Below are positions 62,430 to 64,000 of a DNA stretch of 64,000 nt, piece after piece (position 1 is the first letter of the stretch; the number at the start of each line of letters is the position of its first letter). The DNA comes from Haplodiscus bocki (lineage: Eukaryota): the NCBI GenBank assembly GCA_965655095.1, contig OZ296659.1, positions 64,790,001-64,854,000 of the forward strand, in the 5' to 3' direction. The position numbers and the translations under genes were made by a program. Under the pieces are notes generated by a model that saw only the letters and a program-made list of their open reading frames with translations, ran no database searches and had not been told where the DNA came from.

Positions 62430-62966
62430 ATGAAGGCCTACAGTCGTCTCCGATGCATCTTTTTGTTATTTATCGTTGCACTTTGTCTCACCTTCTCGCA
62501 AGAAATCTTTTTATGACTGACCAGAACTTCGTTATCTGATACAGAATCAAAACCAAAGAAAACCGCATCAAAAAAGCGCAGAAAAAGAAGTCGAGACCAG
62601 AAGGGTTACGCGAGGATAGTGTCCCCTAAATACATGACTCCTTACATGCGAAACCAAGTCAGGAAAGACAAGTCCAGCAAGTTGAGCATCGGTCGCCAGA
62701 ACAGTTCCAGAAAATCATCATCCGGTGCCTCGGGCAGCACTGTCAGCATGAGCGCGCACTCAAAGTATTTAACCCGAAAAGACATTATTCGGAAAAAGAA
62801 ATCACATTTCATGGATTATTTGAATGACGAAGATTTCTGTAAAGACGAGAGCGAGAAGTACGATTTCAACGAATCCGATCTGATTACGTCATCAGGTGAT
62901 AACTCCAACGAGTGTTCACGGTTGGGTGACGTTTCTACTGGCCGGCTGATATTTTATAAAATGTGA
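62430..62966 (+). other. Low-complexity K/S/D-rich reading frame of unknown origin (one internal stop)
   Basis: The frame is open from about 62517 to 62966 with basic clusters KKRRKRSR and RKKK. No recognisable domain. Confidence 0.3.
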
Positions 62967-64000
62967 TAATTGCATGAATGCTATGGGACCTTCAATGTGA
63001 TTGGTTCAACCATTCTGGCTTCGAAACTTCATTCATATACACTAGACGACAAATGTTCCGCCGGTTCATTTCTGTAAGAGTCAATTTTCAGGTCCAAATC
63101 TTGTAGACAGTTTGTCACTTTAGAAACTTTTAGAAGCAAATGTTCGTAAAATTTGAAATAGTTTTTATTTATGTGTTTTGATTGAGAGTCGGACGATTAT
63201 TCAAGAAGCTATGCAACTATTTTTTTGTTTTCATCTATTTTTTGAGGCAGTTTTATAAGTATTTGCAAGAAATAACGAAAACTTGCTTTGATAGTTCAGA
63301 ATTATAAGATATGATTTTCTAGCGTCCGTCTGTTTTTTTCAGTAATTGTTACTTTTTAAAAATCTTTTGAGAGAACGCGATGTCAAAAAAGTAAAAATGC
63401 AGTGAAGTTGAATATTATACTTTGAGCCAACTTTGAAAGCTTTCAGCGATTTAGGGTTTGTTGGATACATATAACTTTAGTTGAAATCAATTTGACTCTA
63501 CTTGCTCATCTTTAATTTTATACCTTTCCAAATCCGTTATTTGGAATAATCTGTGAGGTATTTTTAGCGGTTTCGGATAATTTTTGGTTAGTTTTTGTCA
63601 ACCGACCTTGTTAGCCGACGGCTAGACTACATAATTAATACTTTATGCGATCCACTGCCGTCAACGAGAATTATTCGCTCAAAGGAATATTCAGCTAAAA
63701 TATCGGTTGGCTAATTGAACGTCCTCCTCCTTCTTGGTTGACCCAAACGGACACTGCATTGACGACAGACCAGCAGACGAGTCCAGGGGATTATTACTAC
63801 ACCTCTTATGGAACGACTACTGGCACGGGATCAGGGACTGGATTTTTCTGGAAAATTACAAACGCGAAACTGTATAACAAGGCATGAAGTTTGAAAGCAC
63901 TGTAACAAATCAATAATTGTAAAATTGCTTAAAATACGCAACTCTTAGTTAGTTGGATTAGAACAAATTGTTGCAAGTCGCGACGTAGAGTGCTGCCCAC

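Noticed and set aside
63690-63890. GC-richer stretch with short open frames
   Set aside because: No start or splice context and no recognisable motif; insufficient support.

Overview
AT-rich eukaryotic DNA, most likely from an invertebrate animal and dominated by transposable elements; there are no prokaryotic features. The main feature is a 17.3-kb full-length Ty3/Gypsy-type (Metaviridae) endogenous retroelement at 7266-24605. It has 1860-bp LTRs (about 98.6% identical), a 4-bp ACTT target-site duplication and a tRNA primer-binding site, and it is organised like a complex retrovirus. Gag (CCHC knuckle) and Pol (PR-RT-RNaseH-IN) are disabled by stops and frameshifts. Pol carries a TARG1/OARD1-like ADP-ribosyl-hydrolase macrodomain between protease and RT, with its catalytic residues intact. 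An uninterrupted 715-aa env resembles chuvirus-type (gB-like, class III) glycoproteins. About ten small accessory ORFs surround gag-pol: a duplicated 43-aa transmembrane peptide, an apparently expanded family of 3-6 diverged paralogues, an antisense ORF, and an ORF that runs into the 3' LTR. The rest of the window holds a solo LTR of a related family with a 59-bp tandem array, several solo or partial LTRs of another family (two contain the start of a coding frame), two decayed Gypsy elements, CACTA-like non-autonomous DNA transposons, a LINE 3' fragment, a decayed acidic low-complexity gene and two phase-compatible host exons. All family assignments come from recalled motifs, not from database searches.
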